A stretch of DNA of 64,000 bases from an uncultured Gemmatimonadaceae bacterium. GTDB lineage: Bacteria > Gemmatimonadota > Gemmatimonadetes > Gemmatimonadales > Gemmatimonadaceae. Positions 29,069 to 37,035 of the stretch are shown here, in pieces; position 1 is the first letter of the stretch; each line of letters begins with the position of its first letter. A program made the translations under genes and the position numbers. Under the pieces are notes generated by a model. The model did not search any database. It saw only the letters and a list, made by a program, of their open reading frames with translations, and had not been told where the DNA came from. The stretch is from the NCBI GenBank assembly GCA_963817955.1, contig CAWFQK010000004.1, forward strand, positions 960,001 to 1,024,000, in the 5' to 3' direction.

Positions 29069-31576
29069 ATGACAAAACTCCCGGTGGAGCTCGTCCTTCC
29101 GCAAATACGGCAGACGCTCGCCTCCGCTCGCACATTGGTGCTCCAGGCACCACCTGGCGCAGGGAAGACGACGCTCGTGCCACCCGCTCTCCTTGGCGAA
29201 CGGTGGCTCGACGGCCGCACCGTGCTGGTACTCGAGCCGCGACGTCTCGCCACGCGGGCTGCCGCGCACCGCATGGCCGAGCTGCGCAACGAGCGTGTCG
29301 GAGAGACAATCGGCTATCGGATGCGCGGCGAGAGCCGCATTGGCGCTGCCACGCGCATTGAAGTCGTCACTGAGGGCATTCTCACTCGGCGCTTGCACCG
29401 GGATCCAACGCTCGACGGTGTCGGCGCCGTCTTCTTCGACGAATTTCACGAGCGGAGCCTCGACGCCGATCTCGGCCTGGCGCTGACGCTGCACACACAA
29501 CGACTCGTACGCGACGATCTGCGGATTATCGCGATGTCCGCCACGCTGGACGGCGCGGCCGTGTCGCGCCTGCTGGGCAATGCGCCGATCATCACGAGCG
29601 AAGGGCGTATGTACCCGGTGGAGACACGCTACGTCGAACCGAGAGCCGATGCGCGCCTCGAAGCGACGGTGGCGGCTGCGGTGGTCGATGCCGTGCGGCG
29701 TGACGACGGCGACGTGCTCGTCTTTCTGCCCGGTGCCGGCGAGATCCGGCGTGTCGAGGCGATGCTCGGCAACCGCGAGCTCGGCGGCGCCGCGGTGCTG
29801 CCACTCTACGGCGCCATGCCGTATGAGGCACAGGACCGCGCCATTCGGCCAGACCGGAATGGGCATCGCAAGATCGTACTCTCCACGTCGATTGCCGAAA
29901 CCAGTCTGACGATTGAAGGCGTGCGTATCGTCATCGACTCTGGGTGGTCGCGTCAGCCGCGCTTCTCGCCGCGCACCGGCATGACGCGACTGGAAACGGT
30001 GCGCGTATCACGTGCGTCAGCCGAGCAGCGGCGAGGCCGCGCCGGCCGGCTCGGGCCGGGCGTGTGCTACCGGCTCTGGCCGGAACATGAGAATCATCAT
30101 CAGCTCCCGCATTCCCCGCCGGAAATCACCAGCGCCGATCTCGCGCCGCTAGTGCTCGACTTGGCGGCCGCAGGCGTGACAGATCCGGCGGAGCTGGCGT
30201 GGATCGATCCTCCAGCGCCCGCCGCCATGGCGCACGCGACCGAATTGCTGCGCGAGTTGGATGCCATTGATGGGGGGAAACAGCTCACGCGACATGGACG
30301 CGACATGAGCGAGCTGCCGCTCCACCCGCGCCTGGCCCATATGCTGCTGCACACGCGGAAACTCGACGCCGGGACGCTGGGATGCGACCTCGCCGCGCTC
30401 CTCTCGGAGCGAGATGTCTTTCGTGGAACTGCCACCCCAATCGATGCCGACATCGCACTGCGTATCGAGGCCATACGCCGCCACGAACCACGGGCCGTGC
30501 TTCCGGGTGCCGCGGAGATCGATCGCGATGCCCTTCGGCGCGTGCGCGCGGAATCCGATCGCCTGGCGCGCCATCTCGGCGTTCGGAACCAGTCTGCGCC
30601 GCCCACTGATGCTTTGGGAACGCTGCTCGCCCTCGCGTATCCCGATCGCATCGCACAGCGCCGTCCAGGCGATCGCCCGCGGTACCTGCTGCGTAATGGG
30701 CGCGGCGCTGAGCTGCTCGGGGCACAGTCTCTCGCCATTGCACCCTACGTCGTCGCCGCGGAGCTCGATGACCGGAAGCCCGAGAGCCGCATCTTTCTCG
30801 CCGCGGCGATCAGCATTCATGAGATCAGGGATCAATTTGCCGAGCAGATCGAACGCGACGACGTCATCGAATTCGACGACACGTCGTCGTCTGTCGTCGC
30901 GTGGCGCCGCGAGCGACTCGGCGCCATTGTGCTGCGCGAGATTGCGCTCGAAAATCCCGATCCCGAGCGAGTGTGTATTGCACTCGTGACGGAGCTCCGC
31001 CGTCGAGGAATGGGCGCACTGCCCTGGAGCGAAGCCGCCCGTCGTTTCCGCGCGCGACTCGCTTTCGTGGCGCGGCATGACTCTGACTGGCCGGACGTCT
31101 CCGATGAGGCGCTCACGGCGCGGCTCGACGAGTGGCTTGCCCCCGCGTTAACAGGCGTGCAGCGCCTGGCCGATGTCGAGCGGGCCGATCTCGCCACGGC
31201 ACTGGCCGGTCTGCTCAACTGGCGGCAGCGCGCCGCGCTCGATGAGCTGGCCCCCACGCACCTCGAAGTGCCAACAGGCTCCCGCATCCCGCTCGACTAC
31301 TCGAATCCCGCCGCACCGGTGCTTGCCGTACGCATCCAGGAGGTGTTCGGTCTCGCCGAATCACCGCGCCTCGTGCGCGGACGCGTCCCGGTGACCATGC
31401 ATCTCCTGTCGCCAGCGCATCGTCCGGTGCAGGTCACCCAGGACCTCGCCGGCTTCTGGCGCACGAGCTACTTCGACGTGCGAAAAGAGCTGCGCGGGCG
31501 ATACCCAAAGCACGAGTGGCCAGTAGATCCGCTGACTGCGACGCCGACCCGGAGGGCGAAGCCCCGCGGAACGTGA
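29069..31576 (+). CDS. hrpB: ATP-dependent helicase HrpB
   Basis: Motifs APPGAGKTT, DEFHER, MSAT, IAETSLTI and QRRGRAGR, plus C-terminal LLSPAHRPVQVTQDLAGFW..RGRYPKH. Confidence 0.95.
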   Translation: MTKLPVELVLPQIRQTLASARTLVLQAPPGAGKTTLVPPALLGERWLDGRTVLVLEPRRLATRAAAHRMAELRNERVGETIGYRMRGESRIGAATRIEVVTEGILTRRLHRDPTLDGVGAVFFDEFHERSLDADLGLALTLHTQRLVRDDLRIIAMSATLDGAAVSRLLGNAPIITSEGRMYPVETRYVEPRADARLEATVAAAVVDAVRRDDGDVLVFLPGAGEIRRVEAMLGNRELGGAAVLPLYGAMPYEAQDRAIRPDRNGHRKIVLSTSIAETSLTIEGVRIVIDSGWSRQPRFSPRTGMTRLETVRVSRASAEQRRGRAGRLGPGVCYRLWPEHENHHQLPHSPPEITSADLAPLVLDLAAAGVTDPAELAWIDPPAPAAMAHATELLRELDAIDGGKQLTRHGRDMSELPLHPRLAHMLLHTRKLDAGTLGCDLAALLSERDVFRGTATPIDADIALRIEAIRRHEPRAVLPGAAEIDRDALRRVRAESDRLARHLGVRNQSAPPTDALGTLLALAYPDRIAQRRPGDRPRYLLRNGRGAELLGAQSLAIAPYVVAAELDDRKPESRIFLAAAISIHEIRDQFAEQIERDDVIEFDDTSSSVVAWRRERLGAIVLREIALENPDPERVCIALVTELRRRGMGALPWSEAARRFRARLAFVARHDSDWPDVSDEALTARLDEWLAPALTGVQRLADVERADLATALAGLLNWRQRAALDELAPTHLEVPTGSRIPLDYSNPAAPVLAVRIQEVFGLAESPRLVRGRVPVTMHLLSPAHRPVQVTQDLAGFWRTSYFDVRKELRGRYPKHEWPVDPLTATPTRRAKPRGT

Positions 31577-31590
31577 GGTCGCGCAGCGGT

Positions 31591-33018
31591 CTACCGCCGC
31601 TGAAACTCCAGATCGCGTACGCGGTTGATCGTCAATGCAAATCCAGTGACTCCGCCGTGTTCGTCGCGTTCGACACGCAACAGCATTTGTTCGCCGTTGG
31701 TGAACAGGTCGTCGGTGAACGCTATGAATCGAATCGGGGCGGCGTTCGGGCGTTGGAACACCAGACCGCCAGCCCGGGCGACGATCGTCACGGGCAGATC
31801 GAGTTCGTCGCTGTAGTATCGTCCGGCGATCGGCTCGAGCAAGTCACTGCTCCGACGCACAACGGTGGAATCGAACGGCGTCGACAACGCGCCGAACGAG
31901 GCCAGACCGCTCGATAGGTCAATCGTCGAAACGCTCGCCGGTTGCGCCGCGAGCCCGAGGACGACGCTCGCGACCTGCTCGGCGAGCTCCGACGGCGCAT
32001 TCGACGTATTGCAGAGCGTGATCACGCTGATGTTGCGGTCCGGAAACCGGACCAGCGAGCTGCGGTACCCGCCGTAGGCGCCGCCGTGTGAATACGTCTT
32101 GAGCCCACGGTAGCGCCCGATCATGATACCGAGCGCATACGGCACGGGCTGCCCGTCATTCAATCGGCCTGGCGTCTCCATGGTCGCGATGCCGGACTTT
32201 CCGCCGACCTTGCCGCTGCTGAAGTTCGCGTCCCATTTGGCGAGGTCGACGACGGTGGAATACGCACCGCCATCGCCGACGACGTCGAACTCCGGCTGAT
32301 TGAGGTGATACGTCCCGCCGGTTGGTTGGTAGCCAAGTGCACGCTGCGGGATCAGCGTCGTATGGTCATCGCGGAACTCCGTGTGCGTCATGCCCAGCGG
32401 CTTGAAAATGCGTTCCGCGGCGAACTCACGGAGCGAAGTTCCCGACGCGCGCTGCACGACGATGGCGAGCAGCGCGTACCCCGTATTGCTATACAGGAAC
32501 TCGTCGCCAGGCACAAAATTGAGCGTCTTCTGGCGCGCGACGAGCGAAAGAAATTGTTGTTCCGTGAGTTGTCCGTCGCTCGGCCAACCCGAAACGCCGA
32601 GCAGCGTGAAATAGTCGCGTAGGCCGCTGGTGTGATTCAGTAACTGGCGCAACGTGATCGTCCGACCGAAGGACGGGACTTCCGGCACCCACTTGCGAAC
32701 GGAATCATCGAGCGACAGCCGTCGGTCCTGCGCCAGAAGCACGATGCTCATCGCCGTGAACTGCTTGGAGAGAGAGGCGATGTAGAAGCGCGTCTCCGGC
32801 GTGATCGCCACGTCGTGCTCGAGATCCGCCACGCCGTAGCCCTTGGCGAACGTTAGTGAGCCGTTTCGCGACACGCCAACGGCACAGCCCGGTGCACGAG
32901 CCACTGCGTAGGGGGCGAGAATCGTATCCACCCAGCGCGAGGCTGTGTCCGGTTGGGCGAGTTGGGCGCCCGCGGGCACAACTGACAGGAAAATGGCGAG
33001 CACAGCACGGCGTAGCAT
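31591..33018 (-). CDS. Serine hydrolase (beta-lactamase class C / S12 family), secreted
   Basis: Motifs SLSK (SxxK), LLNHTSG, YSN and HGG. Confidence 0.9.
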   Translation of the reverse strand: MLRRAVLAIFLSVVPAGAQLAQPDTASRWVDTILAPYAVARAPGCAVGVSRNGSLTFAKGYGVADLEHDVAITPETRFYIASLSKQFTAMSIVLLAQDRRLSLDDSVRKWVPEVPSFGRTITLRQLLNHTSGLRDYFTLLGVSGWPSDGQLTEQQFLSLVARQKTLNFVPGDEFLYSNTGYALLAIVVQRASGTSLREFAAERIFKPLGMTHTEFRDDHTTLIPQRALGYQPTGGTYHLNQPEFDVVGDGGAYSTVVDLAKWDANFSSGKVGGKSGIATMETPGRLNDGQPVPYALGIMIGRYRGLKTYSHGGAYGGYRSSLVRFPDRNISVITLCNTSNAPSELAEQVASVVLGLAAQPASVSTIDLSSGLASFGALSTPFDSTVVRRSSDLLEPIAGRYYSDELDLPVTIVARAGGLVFQRPNAAPIRFIAFTDDLFTNGEQMLLRVERDEHGGVTGFALTINRVRDLEFQRR

Positions 33019-33152
33019 CGAGCCTCCTTTCAAAAACCCTTCCGCCAGAAATCAAACGTGTCCGGTCGTCAAACGGTTCACGCTGGCGCCCGATTTGCAC
33101 GCACCAGCGACGTTGAGGCGGCACCCTTCGGGATCACCCGCTGGAGACCTGC

Positions 33153-33269
33153 ATGGCCGAAATTCGCGTCGAGCCAAAACGCCGAAGCACAGCGTGGCTC
33201 TGGATCCTGCTCGTGCTCATCGTGGCCGCGGCACTTGCCTACTATTTCTTCTATTATCGGAACGGCTGA
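33153..33269 (+). CDS. 38-aa single-TM small membrane protein
   Basis: GGAG RBS then MAEIRVEPKRRSTAWLWILLVLIVAAALAYYFFYYRNG*. Below the ORF-track length cutoff. Confidence 0.75.
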   Translation: MAEIRVEPKRRSTAWLWILLVLIVAAALAYYFFYYRNG

Positions 33270-33310
33270 ACCAACATAAGGTTTCGACCGGCCGAGGGGT
33301 TGAAGCATTC

Positions 33311-33865
33311 ATGGACACCAACGATCGTGAATCGCGCGACGCCGCAGGCGTCGGCCCGTACGTACGCGCACGCGAGAAGCTGGTCCCTCTCAGCACGCTC
33401 GGTTCATGGAAAGTATCGGACGGTGAGCCGGATATCCGCGATTGGGAGGTGCGAACGGTAAGTAACCGCCAGCTCGGCACCGTCAAGGACCTGCTCATTG
33501 ACACGGACGCCGGCGACGTCGTCATGCTCGATGTCGATCTGCCGGAAGGCACGCAACATACCTACGTGCCGATTCGGGTGGTGCACATCGATCGCGAGCG
33601 CCGAGTCATTCTGATGGATTCTGCCGATCTCCCCGCTTCGGAGCTGCCACGCCAGGTATCGATCAATCGCACCGACCCGGCGGATGGTTCTCGCGTCGCA
33701 CGATACCCGAAGACCGATGATGAGGTCATCGTCGACCGGCCAACGATCGCTGATAACGCGCGCAGTTCCGATCACCCGGCGGACGACACGATCGGCGAGC
33801 TACCGCCCTCCGACCGGCGCCGGGCTGAACGGCGGCACATCGATCGGATGAGCACCGATCTGTGA
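33311..33865 (+). CDS. PRC-barrel domain protein
   Basis: WKVSDGEPDIRDWEV...LGTVKDLLID...YVPI. Confidence 0.8.
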   Translation: MDTNDRESRDAAGVGPYVRAREKLVPLSTLGSWKVSDGEPDIRDWEVRTVSNRQLGTVKDLLIDTDAGDVVMLDVDLPEGTQHTYVPIRVVHIDRERRVILMDSADLPASELPRQVSINRTDPADGSRVARYPKTDDEVIVDRPTIADNARSSDHPADDTIGELPPSDRRRAERRHIDRMSTDL

Positions 33866-33931
33866 TTGGCGTTACGTGCCGCCAAGGCGACGCGACAACC
33901 GTGTCGCACGTCACGTGAGTGGCAACGGCCA

Positions 33932-33961
33932 TTGACTGAATCGAGCCCCCGACTCTAGGTT
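33932..33961 (+). promoter_or_regulatory. Sigma70-type promoter for the uORF-tRNA-Asn unit
   Basis: TTGACT (33932-33937)-18 nt-TAGGTT (33956-33961). The predicted start site falls at or next to the A of ATG 33969. Confidence 0.6.
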
Positions 33962-33968
33962 GAATTTC

Positions 33969-34034
33969 ATGACGACACAGGCCAGTAACCGCCATCGCAC
34001 GAATAATCCGGACTCCTCGAGGAGCCCTGGCTAG
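33969..34034 (+). CDS. Putative leader peptide (uORF) MTTQASNRHRTNNPDSSRSPG
   Basis: 21 codons including AAC and tandem AAT-AAT. The stop codon lies inside the 5' strand of a predicted antiterminator. Confidence 0.55.
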   Translation: MTTQASNRHRTNNPDSSRSPG

Positions 34035-34060
34035 CGCGCGCGTTCGTCATCAACACACGC

Positions 34061-34092
34061 GGCCCGCCAGAGCATCGGCGGGCCTTTTTGTT
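34061..34092 (+). terminator. Intrinsic terminator (attenuator) upstream of tRNA-Asn
   Basis: GGCCCGCC-agagcatc-GGCGGGCC-TTTTTGTT. Confidence 0.85.
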
Positions 34093-34118
34093 GCTCGTGA
34101 CGTGGCAGGAACATTCGA

Positions 34119-34191
34119 TGGGGCGTAGGTCAATTGGCAGACCACCTGACTGTTAATCAGGATGTTCCAGGTTCGAATCCTGGCGCCCCAG
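34119..34191 (+). tRNA. tRNA-Asn (GTT), CCA not encoded
   Basis: Acceptor stem TGGGGCG/CGCCCCA with G discriminator, D arm GGTC/GACC, anticodon arm CCTGA-CTGTTAA-TCAGG, T arm CCAGG-TTCGAAT-CCTGG. Confidence 0.95.
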
Positions 34192-34284
34192 TGACGGGAG
34201 AAACAAAGGACCAACGTACACGATGTACAGTGGCCCTTCGTGCATTTCCCTATCATTGTCCGGCGTGCAGAACACACTCGGCCG

Positions 34285-34512
34285 CTATACCGATTTGAGT
34301 TCGCCCTCGAGGTAGCCGAGCACCGCAAACGTGAGCGGGATCAGCGCAAGCACCACGATGGCCGACGCGAGGATCCATCGCTGATGCAAGCGTCCGCCAA
34401 GGCCGGGGAGCACGGTTCCAACGAGCAACGCCACCCCGACGAGGGTGGCGTCAAGAAATAGCCCGAGGATCACGCCCGAAATCGTGCTCCAGAACAGGAT
34501 GGAGAGGCGCAC
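34285..34512 (-). CDS. Small two-TM membrane protein
   Basis: 75 aa with two hydrophobic segments; follows the L,D-transpeptidase gene on the same strand. Confidence 0.65.
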   Translation of the reverse strand: MRLSILFWSTISGVILGLFLDATLVGVALLVGTVLPGLGGRLHQRWILASAIVVLALIPLTFAVLGYLEGELKSV

Positions 34513-34523
34513 GAGCGAACCGG

Positions 34524-35069
34524 TTACGGCTTGATCTGAATCGGCGCGCCGTTCGGGACCATGCGCCAGATTTCCTCAATCTCGGCGTCGGTGACGGCAA
34601 TGCAGCCCTCGGTCCAGTCGAACTCGCGGTGTGCGGCACCAAGGTCAGCGTAAGCAGGCGGCAGACCATGGATCATGATGTCACCGCCCGGCGCGAACCC
34701 CAACGCGTGGGCGCGCCGCTGGTGCGGCACGTCCGGATACGAGATGTGCAGCGACATATGATACTTGCTCGCCGCGTTGCGCGAGTCGATGTGAAACAGG
34801 CCTTCCGGCGTGCGTCCATCACCAATGCGGATCTTGTCGCCCTTTGGCTCTTTGCCAAGTGCCACCTGGAACGTGCGGACGGGCACACCAAGCTGATACA
34901 GCGTGAGCGTGTGTTTCTCTTTCTCAACGACGATGCTGTCGGCAATGATCCTGCCCTTGATTCCCACCACCGGAGTTCGGCGAATGGTCGGCGAGACTCC
35001 TGGCGCGAGCATCTTCGCGGAATCGCCCGAGGCGACGAGCAGCAAGGCGCTGAACAGCGGTAGCAGCAT
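34524..35069 (-). CDS. L,D-transpeptidase (YkuD family)
   Basis: Motifs GDGRTPEG, SLHISYP and IMIHG...WTEGCIA. Confidence 0.9.
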   Translation of the reverse strand: MLLPLFSALLLVASGDSAKMLAPGVSPTIRRTPVVGIKGRIIADSIVVEKEKHTLTLYQLGVPVRTFQVALGKEPKGDKIRIGDGRTPEGLFHIDSRNAASKYHMSLHISYPDVPHQRRAHALGFAPGGDIMIHGLPPAYADLGAAHREFDWTEGCIAVTDAEIEEIWRMVPNGAPIQIKP

Positions 35070-35219
35070 GTTGAGAGAATTCAGGACGACGCTGGGGACT
35101 TGGCCCGGGAGGGACGTGCGTGACGCGTGTCACTAAATCGACGCTCAATGTACTGCCCGCGTCACGACGGGATCCAGCGAAGCTGCACAAACCGGCCAGC
35201 GGACCCAGCAGTCTGTAGG

Positions 35220-35771
35220 CTATGGCACCGCCAACCGATCAAAATACGCCTTTCGGATTTTCGCAACTTTTGGTGCGATGACGATCTGGCAGTAAGGCTG
35301 CTCCTGGTTCTGGCCATAATAGTTCTGATGGTACCGCTCGCCGGGATAGAACGTGGTCATCGGCGCGAGCTGTGTAACGATCGGACTATCCCAGACCTTG
35401 TTGCGGTTGAGCTCGTCGATCATTTGCCTGGCCACCTCGAGCTGCTCAGGCGAATGGTAGAAGATGGCCGAGCGATACTGCGTGCCGACATCGGACCCCT
35501 GCCGATCGCGTGTCGTAGGGTCATGCGCGGTGAAGAAGACGCCGAGCAGATCTCGGAACGAGATCACGGACGGATCGAAGGTGACCTGCACGACTTCAGC
35601 ATGGCCCGTCACACCGGCGCAGACGTCGCTGTACGTCGGGTCGAGATACTGACCGCCCGCGTAACCCGACTCGACCTGCTCCACGCCGCGCAACATGCGG
35701 AAGACCGCATCGAGACACCAGAAACAGCCGCCGCCGAGTGTGGCAACCTCGGTGTTCTTCTTCTCGTTCAT
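35220..35771 (-). CDS. msrA: Peptide methionine sulfoxide reductase A
   Basis: Motifs GGCFWC, GHAEVV, HDPTT, QYRSAIF and YHQNY. Confidence 0.95.
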   Translation of the reverse strand: MNEKKNTEVATLGGGCFWCLDAVFRMLRGVEQVESGYAGGQYLDPTYSDVCAGVTGHAEVVQVTFDPSVISFRDLLGVFFTAHDPTTRDRQGSDVGTQYRSAIFYHSPEQLEVARQMIDELNRNKVWDSPIVTQLAPMTTFYPGERYHQNYYGQNQEQPYCQIVIAPKVAKIRKAYFDRLAVP

Positions 35772-35794
35772 TCACGACCTCCCTACGCTCTCAC

Positions 35795-36664
35795 TTACGC
35801 AGCCATCCCATCCTTGAGCACGTCTGCCGTATCGCTCTCGCGCAGGCGCTTGAGGGCGCGATCGCGGAGTTGTCGCACACGTTCGCGCGTCACATTCAGT
35901 TCACGCGCGATCTCCTGAAGCGTCATCGGGCGATTGCCCTCGAGGCCGAAGTACAGCGTCAGCACGAGGCGATCGCGCGGTGACAGCACCTCGAGGGCGC
36001 GGGCGATGGCCTCACGCCGCGAGTCGGTCTCAATGCCGCCAGGCAACGCGTCGTCTTCCTCGTTCCGATCGAGCACCAGCGTCTCACCGAGGGTCCGCCC
36101 CCGGTCCGCCGACGCGGGCTCGTCGAGCGAACGCACGGGTTGCAGCAGCGCGACCAGGCCGCGCGTCACATCGATCGATAGGTTGGCCACGCTGGCGATC
36201 TCCTCCTCGTACGGCTCGCGCGACAGCTTCTGGCGAAGCACTTCCTGTGCTCGTGACACGCGGGAGAGGTCGGCGGCGCGGTTGAGCGGAACTTGTACGG
36301 TACGACTTTGTCGCTGAACGGCAGAGTGCAGCGCCTGACGGATCCACCAGACCGCATAACTGATGAAGTTGACTCCCACGTCAGGATCGTACTTGTCCGC
36401 GGCGCGCACGAGACCAGCGTTCGCCTCGCTGACCAAATCGCCGAGCGGTACCCCGCGATTCTGGTACTGCTTGGCCACAGAGAAGGCGAACCGAAGATTC
36501 GCGCGGATCAGCTCGGATCGCGCGCGCTCACGAATCTCGTCCGTCCTGGCGCGGCGCATGTCGCGCGCCAGTTCCTTCTGCGCCTGGGCGGTCAGCACCG
36601 GTTCGCCGCGCAGTTCCTCGATGTAGAGGTCCAACAGGTCGCGATCGTCGTTCGTCATGTACAT
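35795..36664 (-). CDS. Sigma70-family RNA polymerase sigma factor (RpoD/RpoS-like, no region 1.1)
   Basis: Motifs ANLRFAFSVAKQYQNRG, FISYAVWWIRQ and TLQEIA...TRERVRQ. Confidence 0.92.
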   Translation of the reverse strand: MYMTNDDRDLLDLYIEELRGEPVLTAQAQKELARDMRRARTDEIRERARSELIRANLRFAFSVAKQYQNRGVPLGDLVSEANAGLVRAADKYDPDVGVNFISYAVWWIRQALHSAVQRQSRTVQVPLNRAADLSRVSRAQEVLRQKLSREPYEEEIASVANLSIDVTRGLVALLQPVRSLDEPASADRGRTLGETLVLDRNEEDDALPGGIETDSRREAIARALEVLSPRDRLVLTLYFGLEGNRPMTLQEIARELNVTRERVRQLRDRALKRLRESDTADVLKDGMAA

Positions 36665-36947
36665 CGCTCGCCCCCGGCACCAAACGGCGCCGCAGTTGAT
36701 CCATATATTGATCGAGCACTGCCGGACGCGTCCGGTAGTACACGAATTGTCCGTCGCGCCGTGACTCCACGAGACCGGCGCTTGCCAACTCCTTCAGATG
36801 GTGCGAAATAGTCGCCTGCCTGACCGGAAAACACCCGCACAAACGCTGACAACCCATTTCCGATTGCCTGGCAATGTGCTCGAGAATCTCAAAGCGGCGC
36901 GGGTCGGCCAGCGCTTTCGCGATTCGTTGGAACTGCTCGACATCCAC
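36528..36947 (-). CDS. ArsR/SmtB-family transcriptional regulator
   Basis: KALADPRRFEIL...QATISHHLKELASAGLV..RRDGQFVYY. The C-terminal tail overlaps the sigma gene by 137 nt. Confidence 0.88.
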   Translation of the reverse strand: MDVEQFQRIAKALADPRRFEILEHIARQSEMGCQRLCGCFPVRQATISHHLKELASAGLVESRRDGQFVYYRTRPAVLDQYMDQLRRRLVPGASDVHDERRSRPVGPLHRGTARRTGADRPGAEGTGARHAPRQDGRDS

Positions 36948-36970
36948 GGCGGTTCCACCCCACGATAGTG

Positions 36971-37000
36971 TGATACATAGATAATCATCTAAGTGTACCA
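36971..37000. promoter_or_regulatory. AT-rich inverted repeat, candidate ArsR operator
   Basis: TGATACA-TAGAT-aatc-ATCTA-AG-TGTACCA between the divergent arsR and aminotransferase genes. Confidence 0.6.
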
Positions 37001-37035
37001 TGCAAGCCGCCGCGCGGTTCCATTGTCTAGCTTTC

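Noticed and set aside
28322..29866. 514-aa minus-strand ORF, and similar long ORFs such as 23373-24638, 39425-40546 and 54333-55832
   Set aside because: Antisense to well-supported genes; typical high-GC shadow ORFs.
33969..34095. T-box riboswitch upstream of the tRNA
   Set aside because: No TGGNACC T-box bulge motif, and the leader is too short for a typical stem I. The uORF model fits better.
34088..34115. Separate promoter (TTGTTG-16-AACATT) between the terminator and the tRNA
   Set aside because: Poor -10 match, and the implied start site would fall inside the tRNA. Cannot be fully excluded.
34119..34191. tRNA-Asn as an integration site for an island or prophage
   Set aside because: No integrase nearby and no duplicated tRNA 3' end seen in the window.
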